Part shown: positions 1 to 7,211 of the stretch, piece by piece | Position numbering within the stretch: position 1 is the first letter of the stretch | How the letters are laid out: each line of letters begins with the position of its first letter | Source of the DNA: an uncultured Candidatus Saccharibacteria bacterium | GTDB lineage: Bacteria; Patescibacteriota; Minisyncoccia; Phycocordibacterales; UBA6065 | Direction: 5' to 3' | Length of the DNA stretch: 37,485 nt | NCBI GenBank assembly: GCA_964596505.1 | Contig: CAZQUF010000001.1 | Location: 1-37,485, forward strand | Notes under the pieces: generated by a model | What the model was told of the DNA's origin: nothing | What the model saw: only the letters and a program-made list of their open reading frames with translations | The model's database searches: none | Program-made: the position numbers and the translations under genes

Positions 1-1
1 T

Positions 2-64
2 CAGAGTATAACGATTTCGGCCGAGGAGAAAGCGGCGCTTGAGAAGTTGCTTAAGCGATTATAA
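2..64 (+). CDS. 3' end of an ORF running off the left edge (partial, unknown product)
   Basis: In-frame codons end at TAA 62-64 (tail ...ISAEEKAALEKLLKRL*). The start is off-window and no family is recognisable. Confidence 0.3.
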   Translation, partial: QSITISAEEKAALEKLLKRL

Positions 65-136
65 GGCCATGAATCGGCATACTTCCTCGTGTCAAATCGC
101 CTTGGATTTTACTCTAAAGGAAGCCATAATAAAGCT

Positions 137-1735
137 ATGAAGAACGCCCAAAAGACATCCCTCAAATACTTCCTCTACGCCCGCAAATCGACCGAATCAG
201 AAGATCGACAGGTTGCTTCGATTGACTCTCAGATTGATGAGATGAAGAAGATTGCCTTGCGACAGGGCATACAGATTATAGAGATACTCTCTGAATCAGG
301 GTCGGCAAAGACCCTCGGCCGAATAGTTTTCAACAAAATGCTCGATCGCATCATCAAGGGTGAGGCGAATGGTTTATTGTGTTGGAAGCTCGATCGTCTC
401 GCTCGTAACTTTGACGATGGTGGCAAAATCATAGGCTTGCTTCAACGTGGTGTCATTCAGGAGATCCGCACGTATGAGAAGACTTATTTGCCGAGCGACA
501 ACGTGTTGATGATTGCTCTTGAGCTCGGCATGGCTAATCAGTACTCGCGCGACCTTTCTGTGAACGTATCGCGTGGCCTGAAAGCCAAAGCTCAAATGGG
601 CTGGTATCCCGTTCAGCCTCCTATCGGCTATCTCAATAGCAAAACAAAAGGTAAGGGTTGTAATGATATTTTTAAGGATACGGAGCGATTCGATTTGGTC
701 CGAAAGATTATGGACTTGATGCTGACGGGTACTAAGCCGCCAAGCAAGATATTGCGGATTGCCACCGATGAATGGGGTCTACGGACCCGCAGGGGCGCTG
801 GTATTTCTCGAAGTGGCATCTATCATCTTTTAACGAATCCCTTTTACTACGGCATGTTCGAGTTCCCGAAGAAAAGCGGCAACTGGTATCAGGGCTTGCA
901 TGAGCCGATGATTACCATCGAGGAATACGACAAGATACAGATTCTCCTCGGCCGAAAGGGTAGCCCGCGCCCCAAAGCGAACATATTCGATTTTACGGGC
1001 ATGATGAGGTGCGGGGAGTGTGGTTGCATGATTACGGCTGAAGCAAAGGTTAAAAGGCAACTGAACGGCAACGTGCATCACTATGTCTACTATCACTGCA
1101 CAAAGCGAAAGAATCCAAATTGTGCTCAAGGGTCCATCGAGACGACGGTCCTTAAAAAGCAGATCGTTCAGGCAATAGAATCCGTTAACATTCCGCCTGA
1201 GTTCCACTCCTATGCTATGAAGTGGTTCAGAAAGAGGAATGAGGAGGATACGACCGTCAATACGACCATTCTAACCTCACAGCAGAAGGCTTATAACGTC
1301 TGCGTTAAGAAAATCGCTGGCCTCATTGATATGCGAGCAGGCGGAGAAATCAGTGAACAGGAGTTTGGCGAGAAGAAGACGCTCCTTTTGAAGGATAAGA
1401 GCCGTCTCGAAGAACTACTTGCCGATTCGGGCGATCGAGTGAGCAAGCAGGTTCAGAATGCCGACGACCTGTTTACCTTTGCCCGCGATGCGGTGACTAA
1501 GTTCAATAAGGGCCCAATCGACACCCGAAAACGGATACTCTCTACGCTCGGTTCGAACCTCGTCCTAAAAGACAGAATACTGCGTATTGATTGGGAAAAA
1601 TCGCTATTACCGACAGAAAAGCTGGCTCATGAGGTACGGAAACTTCATGAAGGGTTAGAACCTCCGAAAACCTTGATGGCACAAGGAGATTTCGACCGAA
1701 TGTACTCCGAGAGTCCTATCGTGTCCGCCCTGTAG
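137..1735 (+). CDS. Large serine recombinase (resolvase/invertase-type catalytic domain plus recombinase and zinc-ribbon domains)
   Basis: The ORF is open from GTG 89. ATG 137 follows AAGGAAG and gives MKNAQKTSLKYFLYARKSTESEDRQ, the Y-x-R-x-S-T catalytic-serine motif. A Cys-rich zinc-ribbon-like stretch (RCGECGC...HCTKRKNPNC) and a long helical tail fit large serine recombinases. The region is visibly more AT-rich than the core genes. Confidence 0.85.
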   Translation: MKNAQKTSLKYFLYARKSTESEDRQVASIDSQIDEMKKIALRQGIQIIEILSESGSAKTLGRIVFNKMLDRIIKGEANGLLCWKLDRLARNFDDGGKIIGLLQRGVIQEIRTYEKTYLPSDNVLMIALELGMANQYSRDLSVNVSRGLKAKAQMGWYPVQPPIGYLNSKTKGKGCNDIFKDTERFDLVRKIMDLMLTGTKPPSKILRIATDEWGLRTRRGAGISRSGIYHLLTNPFYYGMFEFPKKSGNWYQGLHEPMITIEEYDKIQILLGRKGSPRPKANIFDFTGMMRCGECGCMITAEAKVKRQLNGNVHHYVYYHCTKRKNPNCAQGSIETTVLKKQIVQAIESVNIPPEFHSYAMKWFRKRNEEDTTVNTTILTSQQKAYNVCVKKIAGLIDMRAGGEISEQEFGEKKTLLLKDKSRLEELLADSGDRVSKQVQNADDLFTFARDAVTKFNKGPIDTRKRILSTLGSNLVLKDRILRIDWEKSLLPTEKLAHEVRKLHEGLEPPKTLMAQGDFDRMYSESPIVSAL

Positions 1736-1796
1736 GGATCGAACCTACGACCTTATCCTTAAGAGGGATCTGCTCTACCAACTGAGCTAAGGGCGG
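1724..1796 (-). tRNA. tRNA-Lys (anticodon CTT)
   Basis: Manual cloverleaf, 73 nt: acceptor CCGCCCT/AGGGCGG, D-arm GCTC-AGTTGGTA-GAGC, anticodon loop CTCTTAA, T-arm GTAGG-TTCGATC-CCTAC, discriminator A. No encoded CCA (trailer CAC). Confidence 0.85.
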
Positions 1797-1862
1797 ATAT
1801 ACCGACTATTCCGACGTGTGGAAAATCTACCAGAAAAAGCCGTGATTGGCAATTCTAGCGTG

Positions 1863-1947
1863 TGCCTGGGGTGGGACTCGAACCCACAATGACCTTGCGG
1901 TAGGGAAATTTTAAGTCTCCTGTGGCTACCAATTACACCACCCAGGC
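1863..1947 (-). tRNA. tRNA-Leu (anticodon TAA), type II with long variable arm
   Basis: Manual fold, 85 nt: acceptor GCCTGGG/CCCAGGC, anticodon stem GGAGA/TTTCC with loop CTTAAAA, 16-nt variable arm, T-arm GTGGG-TTCGAGT-CCCAC. Trailer CAC, no CCA. Confidence 0.85.
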
Positions 1948-1953
1948 AGGGTG

Positions 1954-2027
1954 AGGCCTAGACCGGATTCGAACCGGTGCATAACGGTTTTGCAGACCGT
2001 CGCGTTGACCATCTTCGCCACTAGGCC
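1954..2027 (-). tRNA. tRNA-Cys (anticodon GCA)
   Basis: Manual fold, 74 nt: acceptor GGCCTAG/CTAGGCC, anticodon arm ACGGT-CTGCAAA-ACCGT, T-arm ACCGG-TTCGAAT-CCGGT, discriminator U73 and A13/A22 mismatch as expected for tRNA-Cys. Trailer CAC. Confidence 0.85.
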
Positions 2028-2698
2028 TTCATTTCAAAATGCTCAGTGAATATAGCATATTTTCTTTCGAGGTACTCGTTTTTCGGCGCTTTGTCGTACA
2101 TGAGCTTAAAGAGGCATTCGCTACCGAATGTCGAGTACCGGAGCTGATATGCTGTCCAACTCCTGATGACGTTTGCGGGTTTTACGCCCGTTTCTTCAGA
2201 TATTCTCTCGGAAAGCACTTTTAGAAATATTCCGCTGCCCGATGTGAATATGACATTGAGCTTTTTCGGGCGAATCTTCCCTGACTTTCTTACTATCTTT
2301 TCAAGGTGCACGCAACCGTCTCCGTCGAAGTATCCGCGGATGAAATGTCTGAGCACTCTTCGGGGAACAGAAGGGAACGTGATCGTGAGAGATTTATTTT
2401 GATAGAGACCTTTTCTTTCCAAGGATTTATAAAGTTTGGCATTGCCGATGCGGAGCCTGTAGACCAGTTTGCCGTTCTTGTGCGGCGATTCTCTTTGTAT
2501 AATAGTGTGCCCTGATCCAAGCCATAATTTGAACTTTGAGATCGTCTCGCGATCAGTGCTGGTCACTCCGACATATCGTCCACGCATTTTTGGCGTATAG
2601 ATTAGGTCGCCATCGGCATACAGATAGCCCAAAAGATATGCCATCCTCGGGCTCCATCGGTCGAAGAATTTTTCGTTCACTGCATAGCGTATTCCCAT
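2021..2698 (-). CDS. Free-standing double-motif LAGLIDADG homing endonuclease
   Basis: The 225-aa ORF carries two LAGLIDADG-type motifs, LLGYLYADGD (N-terminal half) and IRGYFDGDGC (second half). It is AT-rich relative to its neighbours. The stop codon (2021-2023) lies inside the 5' acceptor strand of tRNA-Cys. Confidence 0.85.
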   Translation of the reverse strand: MGIRYAVNEKFFDRWSPRMAYLLGYLYADGDLIYTPKMRGRYVGVTSTDRETISKFKLWLGSGHTIIQRESPHKNGKLVYRLRIGNAKLYKSLERKGLYQNKSLTITFPSVPRRVLRHFIRGYFDGDGCVHLEKIVRKSGKIRPKKLNVIFTSGSGIFLKVLSERISEETGVKPANVIRSWTAYQLRYSTFGSECLFKLMYDKAPKNEYLERKYAIFTEHFEMKA

Positions 2699-2704
2699 CT
2701 ATAA

Positions 2705-2732
2705 AGTATGGGACAAATCGCGTAGACTTCAA
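2705..2732 (-). promoter_or_regulatory. Putative promoter of the LAGLIDADG gene (-35 TTGAAG, 16-nt spacer, -10 CATACT, 6 nt to ATG)
   Basis: Hexamers read on the minus strand. The -10 ends 6 nt before ATG 2698 and no Shine-Dalgarno is present. Confidence 0.35.
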
Positions 2733-2751
2733 TATTTACAAAATCACCTGA

Positions 2752-3081
2752 TTATTTCGCCAAGCTCTCATCTATCCTCTGCCTCGCTTTCTCGCCCTTA
2801 TCCACGGCGAAGTCGAAGAACGGCAATCGCATGAGCCGGGCGTTGTATTTGACGTAGGCGCGGAATTCGGAGAGGTTGCGCTGGAGGAAATCGAGGGCGG
2901 CCGGCTCCTTGCTCTCGGGCATGACGGTGAAGAAGACGGTCGCCTTGTTAGACTTCTCGGCGCAGGCGACGCGCGTCACCGTGATCATGGAGACGCGGTT
3001 GGAATTGAGGGAGACGAACTCGGCGGCGAGGTGCTTGAGGAGCTCCTCGAGGCGTTCGTTTTTAAGCGTTGATGTGGACAT
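2752..3081 (-). CDS. rbfA: Ribosome-binding factor A
   Basis: The 109-aa ORF has RbfA-like sequence (...ITVTRV...ATVFFTV...FLQRN...FRAYV...RLPFFDF..D) and lies immediately downstream of infB, which is conserved synteny. Confidence 0.8.
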   Translation of the reverse strand: MSTSTLKNERLEELLKHLAAEFVSLNSNRVSMITVTRVACAEKSNKATVFFTVMPESKEPAALDFLQRNLSEFRAYVKYNARLMRLPFFDFAVDKGEKARQRIDESLAK

Positions 3082-3097
3082 GGCGTGTATGTGAATG

Positions 3098-4684
3098 CTA
3101 CTTCTCTACGACGATAAAATCCTGGATGACGTCGCCGGGAGCGATCTCGATCTTGGCCTCGATCATAGCGCCGAATTCGAAGCCTTCCTGGACGGAGGCG
3201 GTCTTTACCTTGGCCTGCTGGAGCTCGCGGATGAGGCCGTCGCCGATGAGCGTCTCGCGGCGGATGATCTTGACCTTGTGTCCGACGGCGATCTCGCGGT
3301 CGGTGACCTTGCCGCCGACGATCTGCTTGTCTTTCGTCCGGCTGAAGAATTTGAGGATCTTGGCCGAACCGGATATTTCCTCGGTCTGGACTTTCGGCGT
3401 GCGCTCTTTGACGCGGCCCTCGAGCCACTCGCGGAGGTTGTAGATGATATCGAACGTTTGGTGGGCGAGCCCGAGGCGCTCGATCATGGCGGCGGCCTGG
3501 CTGTCGGTCTTGACGTTGAAGCCGACGACGACCGCGCCGTCTGCGCCCGTGGCGCTGCCGGCGACCTTGATGTCTGCCTCGGTGATATCGCCTATGGAGG
3601 CGAAGACGGTCTTGAGGGCCACGCGCTCGCTCTGGATCTTGGCGATCTCGTGGACGATAGCCTCGACCGAGCCTTGGACGTCGGCTTTGATGATGACGGG
3701 GATCTCTTTTTTCGCTGCGGCAGCCTGTTCCGATGCTGCGCCGAGCGCTGGCTTAGCTTCCGGTCGCGGCTTCGATTCGAGCTCCTTGGCCATGTCGACG
3801 TACTCCTCAAGGTCGCGCTTCGATTCGAATGAGACGAAGGCGCCGCCGATCTGGGGCGCTTTATTCCAACCGACGAGGCGGATAGGCGCGGAGAAGGTGG
3901 CTTCGGTTATCTTCTTGCCGGCGTGATTCTCGATGATGCGGGTAGGGGAGAAGGCGGTGCCCGATGCGACGAACATGCCCGGGCCGATAGAGCCGTTCTT
4001 GATGACGAGCGTGGCGGAGATGCCTTTCTTTGGGTCGCGATGGGCTTCGATGATCGTGCCCTCGGCAGGCCTCGATGGATCGCCCTTGAGCTCGGCGACG
4101 TCGGCGGTGAGCGCGATGAGATCGAGGAGCTCCTCGACGCCCTGGCCGGTCTTAGCGGAGACGGGTACGAACGAGACGCTGCCGCCGTAGCCTTCGACGT
4201 AGATGCCCGCCTCGGCGAGAGACATCTTGACCTTGTCGACCGAGGCTGCAGGCTTGTCTATCTTGTTTATAGCCACGATGAAGGGGACCTTGGCCGCCTC
4301 GATGGCTTTGTATGCGTCAATGGTCTGCGGTTTGACGCCGTCTTCGGCGGAGACGACGAGGATGGCGATATCTGCGGTCGTCGCGCCGCGCTCTCGCATG
4401 CCGGAAAAAGCCTCATGGCCGGGCGTGTCGATGAAGGTGATGTGCTCGGTGGCGACCGTGCCGTCGTCGGCGGTCTTCACGCGCTCGACTTCGTAGGCGG
4501 AGATGCGCTGGGTGATGCCGCCTGCTTCGGTGTCTACGATATTGGTCTTTCGGATGTAGTCGAGGAGGGTCGATTTGCCGTGGTCGATGTGGCCGAGGAT
4601 GGCGACGACTGGCGGGCGTTTGACGAGAGCGCCAGAAGCTCCCGAAGTACCGCGTGTGGACTGCTGTTTGTTTTTTGCTGCCAT
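3098..4684 (-). CDS. infB: Translation initiation factor IF-2 (short form lacking the long N-terminal region)
   Basis: GTPase motifs are GHIDHGKSTLLD, DTPGHEAF and NKID, and C-terminal IF-2 domains are present. ATG at 4684 (MAAKNKQQ) is preferred over GTG 4726, which lies inside the structured leader. Confidence 0.9.
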   Translation of the reverse strand: MAAKNKQQSTRGTSGASGALVKRPPVVAILGHIDHGKSTLLDYIRKTNIVDTEAGGITQRISAYEVERVKTADDGTVATEHITFIDTPGHEAFSGMRERGATTADIAILVVSAEDGVKPQTIDAYKAIEAAKVPFIVAINKIDKPAASVDKVKMSLAEAGIYVEGYGGSVSFVPVSAKTGQGVEELLDLIALTADVAELKGDPSRPAEGTIIEAHRDPKKGISATLVIKNGSIGPGMFVASGTAFSPTRIIENHAGKKITEATFSAPIRLVGWNKAPQIGGAFVSFESKRDLEEYVDMAKELESKPRPEAKPALGAASEQAAAAKKEIPVIIKADVQGSVEAIVHEIAKIQSERVALKTVFASIGDITEADIKVAGSATGADGAVVVGFNVKTDSQAAAMIERLGLAHQTFDIIYNLREWLEGRVKERTPKVQTEEISGSAKILKFFSRTKDKQIVGGKVTDREIAVGHKVKIIRRETLIGDGLIRELQQAKVKTASVQEGFEFGAMIEAKIEIAPGDVIQDFIVVEK

Positions 4685-4695
4685 GGTTTTTTTGT

Positions 4696-4810
4696 GAGTC
4701 TCTTCTGCGGAACGTTGTCGGAGCACGCGTCCCGGGTCTGCTGACCCGGGCGCTCCATCTCGCGCCGTCGCGCTCCGATAGTCTCCTCCAACGCTCCACA
4801 GAAGAGACTC
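4696..4810 (-). promoter_or_regulatory. Large structured RNA element in the infB 5' leader (19-bp closing stem plus internal GC-rich hairpins)
   Basis: The arms 4696-4714 and 4792-4810 are complementary. On the minus-strand RNA all 19 positions pair (17 Watson-Crick plus 2 G.U). On the plus strand the same two positions are C/A mismatches. There is an internal 8-bp hairpin, CCCGGGTC-TGCT-GACCCGGG, at 4731-4750. Confidence 0.5.
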
Positions 4811-4820
4811 TCTAGAACAC

Positions 4821-5318
4821 TTAGCGGACAGAAAGCTTTGCTTTGGCCAAGGAGACCGCCCGGCGCTCTTCCTCGGTCAAGGCGTTATCCGAGTCGAATT
4901 TGGCGAGAGGCTTAGCGAAGACCGATACGCGGTCGCGGGTATAGAGGGAAGAGAGGACCGCGCCATCGCCTTCTTCATTGACGAAAGCGGTGGCGAAGCT
5001 CTGGCCGCCGCCCGTAGGCGCGCCCGAAACGCCGCCGAGGCTGCCGTCGCGGAAGGCGTTAAATCGGACCGTCTCGGTCGCCTGGGTCGATCGGCGGAGG
5101 CGCTTCTCGACGCTCTTGAGGTAGGCCTCCATCTCGGCGCGGAACTTTTCGAGGTCTTTGATGCCCTTTCCCGTCGCCGCGAGGGTGCTGCCCATGTCGC
5201 CGCAATTCTTGTCTCGAAAGACCTTCCGGAGCGTCCACCTGAGGTGAAATTGGTCTGCCGTCAGAGCCAGTACGCAGACGGCCAAAACTCCGATAAGGAT
5301 GTTCGAGTCGAGAATCAT
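4821..5318 (-). CDS. DUF4446-family protein (N-terminal TM helix)
   Basis: The internal ATG at 5318 gives MILDSNILIGVLAVCVLAL... followed by a VRFNAF..GG.QSFA...GDGAVLSSLYTRD...FAKP...LTEEE pattern typical of DUF4446. The upstream 53 codons of the ORF look non-coding. Confidence 0.7.
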   Translation of the reverse strand: MILDSNILIGVLAVCVLALTADQFHLRWTLRKVFRDKNCGDMGSTLAATGKGIKDLEKFRAEMEAYLKSVEKRLRRSTQATETVRFNAFRDGSLGGVSGAPTGGGQSFATAFVNEEGDGAVLSSLYTRDRVSVFAKPLAKFDSDNALTEEERRAVSLAKAKLSVR

Positions 5319-5324
5319 GGCTCT

Positions 5325-5353
5325 ATAGTAGCCTATGAGGGGGATAAAGGCAA
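5325..5353 (-). promoter_or_regulatory. Putative leaderless promoter (-35 TTGCCT, 17 nt, -10 TACTAT, 6 nt, ATG 5318)
   Basis: Hexamers and spacing were read directly on the minus strand. No SD lies between the -10 and the ATG. Confidence 0.45.
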
Positions 5354-5384
5354 TTTGAGGTCTCTGCGACGCTCGGCGCGAATA

Positions 5385-5413
5385 TTGACAATATGTCGAT
5401 ATATGGTTATATA
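5385..5413 (+). promoter_or_regulatory. Near-consensus sigma70-type promoter (-35 TTGACA, 17 nt, -10 TATATA)
   Basis: Read directly. It lies about 100 nt upstream of ATG 5516, and a hairpin at about 5463-5496 (GGGAG...CTCGCC/GGCGAG...CTCCC) is in the leader. Confidence 0.5.
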
Positions 5414-5515
5414 CAGATAGTTGTCTCGTTCCTTGAATCGCCTGGTTTTGCTGCAGGAATAGGGAGGTGCTCGCCATTTACGGCGAGAGCTCCCTCAACT
5501 GCATCAAAATTCAAA

Positions 5516-5857
5516 ATGAAACTATACCTACCGTTCAGTTGGATCTTCTGTCTCTGCATGCTTCTGGTCCCATGCATGCTTTCTCTCTATTTCGGCGAGA
5601 AAGGATACTTTGTGGGCTCGCTCGTCGCGATGGTCCTTATCATCGGTCTCCAGGCAGCGTTGGAGCGCACAGCACTCTCGCCTCTTTGGCTCTGGTCTAT
5701 GCCGGTAATCGCCCTCGTCGCACTTTCAGGACTCGGTATTATGGGCTGGAAGTTGAAAGGTTGGGACCCCGCCCTGGTCAGCCTCGACATCTTCACCCCG
5801 CTCGGCATCTGGATCCTTATGAGGCCGCACAAGATTCAATTGCCCAAGGCAAAGTAA
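5516..5857 (+). CDS. Small integral membrane protein (about 4 predicted TM helices), unknown function
   Basis: From ATG 5516 there are four hydrophobic stretches (LPFSWIFCLCMLLVPCMLSLYF, FVGSLVAMVLIIGLQ, LWLWSMPVIALVALSGLGIMGW, LDIFTPLGIWILM). The overlapping frame 5467..5868 is Arg/Pro-rich junk. Confidence 0.6.
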   Translation: MKLYLPFSWIFCLCMLLVPCMLSLYFGEKGYFVGSLVAMVLIIGLQAALERTALSPLWLWSMPVIALVALSGLGIMGWKLKGWDPALVSLDIFTPLGIWILMRPHKIQLPKAK

Positions 5858-5874
5858 GAAGGCGTTAAGATTCG

Positions 5875-5915
5875 CCACGGTTTCGCTCCTCTCGAGCGGC
5901 CGTGGTTTTTATTTT
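5875..5915 (+). terminator. Rho-independent terminator
   Basis: CCACGG (5875-5880) pairs with CCGTGG (5900-5905), an inner CGCTC/GAGCG pairing is present, and TTTTTATTTT follows. Confidence 0.5.
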
Positions 5916-5931
5916 CCCTAATCCGCCCGAA

Positions 5932-5960
5932 TTGTATTTCAGCCCGTTTTTTCATAGTAT
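5932..5960 (+). promoter_or_regulatory. Putative leaderless promoter (-35 TTGTAT, 17 nt, -10 TAGTAT, 6 nt, ATG 5967)
   Basis: Hexamers and spacing read directly. No SD. Confidence 0.45.
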
Positions 5961-5966
5961 GGGCGC

Positions 5967-7199
5967 ATGAATCTCTCTTTTTTAAAGAAAAATCGCATAT
6001 ACGCCGACTGGGCCGCGACGACGCCGCTCCATCCGCGCGTGAGGCGAGCTATGGCGCGCGCTGGGAAGGCCTGGGCGAATCCGAGCGCTATATACAGTGA
6101 AGGTGTTGAGGCAAAGAAAGCTCTCGAACAGGCACGGACATCCTCGGCCCGTATCCTTGGCGTAAAGCCCGAAGAAATATATTTTACCTCCGGCGGTACC
6201 GAATCGAATGCGACGATCATACAGGGAGTTCTCCGCACTCGATTGGAAAAAGGCATCGCCCCGCAGAATATCCACGTCGTGACCACGGCCATAGAGCATT
6301 CGTCTATTCTCGAGACATTGGCGACTTTTGCCCGACACGGAGTGAAGGTCACGTATGTAAAGCCGGCCCCCGACGGCGTCGTGCGCGCCGACGATGTTCT
6401 TGCCGCCATCACTCCCGCGACCGCGCTCGTCACGGTCATGTATGCAAACAACGAGATCGGCACCATACAGCCTGTCTCCAAGATCGGCGCGGGGATCCGC
6501 AAGATCCGCGCGGAGAAAATGGCGAAAGGCGCCGATTTTCCCGTCTTTCATACTGATGCCTCCCAGGCGCCGCTCTGGCTCTCCTGCGATCTCGAGGGAT
6601 TGCGGGCCGACGCCATGACGCTCGACGCGCACAAGATGCAGGGACCGAAAGGCGTCGGCGCTCTCGTCGTCCGCAGGCACGTTTCATGGGAGCCTCTCAT
6701 GGCAGGCGGCGGACAGGAAAGGGGCAAACGACCGACCACTGAGTCGGTCGCTCTCGCTACAGGTTTCGCGGAAGCGCTCGCGATAGCCCAGGAGGGGAGA
6801 GCGCAGCGCGCCAAAAAGAATCGCGATCGCGCGACGAAAGTCCGAGACGTATTCTTCGGCCTTTTGGCACGAGAATTGCCAGAGGCGGTCATAAACGGCT
6901 CTCTCGAAAAGCGCTTGCCGAATAACGTAAATATATCCATACCGAATCTCGTCGATCCCGAGCTGGCCGTCCTTTTCCTCGATAAGGAAGGCATCGCCTG
7001 CTCGACGAAGAGCTCGTGCCTCAAAGGCGAAGAAGAATCATATGTCGTAGCGGCGCTCTTTCCGGAAGACGCGCCGAAAAGCGAGAAATGGCGTGCCCGA
7101 AATACCCTCCGGTTTAGCCTTGCACCAAAGGCTTCTAAGCGGGACGTATCTCTTATCGTGGAGGCTCTGAAAAAGCTCCCGAAAAACGCCGAAAATTGA
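5967..7199 (+). CDS. Cysteine desulfurase (class-V aminotransferase, NifS/IscS-like)
   Basis: The 410-aa ORF has YADWAATTP, SGGTESNA, HSSILE and the PLP-lysine context DAHKMQGPKGVGALVV. A Cys-containing loop (ACSTKSSC) lies near the C-terminus. Confidence 0.9.
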   Translation: MNLSFLKKNRIYADWAATTPLHPRVRRAMARAGKAWANPSAIYSEGVEAKKALEQARTSSARILGVKPEEIYFTSGGTESNATIIQGVLRTRLEKGIAPQNIHVVTTAIEHSSILETLATFARHGVKVTYVKPAPDGVVRADDVLAAITPATALVTVMYANNEIGTIQPVSKIGAGIRKIRAEKMAKGADFPVFHTDASQAPLWLSCDLEGLRADAMTLDAHKMQGPKGVGALVVRRHVSWEPLMAGGGQERGKRPTTESVALATGFAEALAIAQEGRAQRAKKNRDRATKVRDVFFGLLARELPEAVINGSLEKRLPNNVNISIPNLVDPELAVLFLDKEGIACSTKSSCLKGEEESYVVAALFPEDAPKSEKWRARNTLRFSLAPKASKRDVSLIVEALKKLPKNAEN

Positions 7200-7211
7200 T
7201 ATACTGAAGGT

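Noticed and set aside
2021-2751. LAGLIDADG gene as part of a group I intron splitting a tRNA or other RNA gene
   Set aside because: tRNA-Cys, tRNA-Leu(TAA) and tRNA-Lys are all intact and contiguous. The 53 nt upstream of the endonuclease gene show no tRNA 5' half or obvious intron-like pairing. It was treated as free-standing.
4685-4726. N-terminal extension of infB from GTG 4726 (MLRQRSAEETHKKT...)
   Set aside because: The extension lies inside the 3' arm of the structured leader. ATG 4684 gives an N-terminus directly preceding the G domain, so the extension is considered unlikely.
5467-5868. Alternative frame ORF (133 aa) after the GGGAGG motif at 5462-5467
   Set aside because: Its product is Arg/Pro/Gly-rich with no hydrophobic core. 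The overlapping frame encodes four clean TM helices, and the GGGAGG is part of a leader hairpin.
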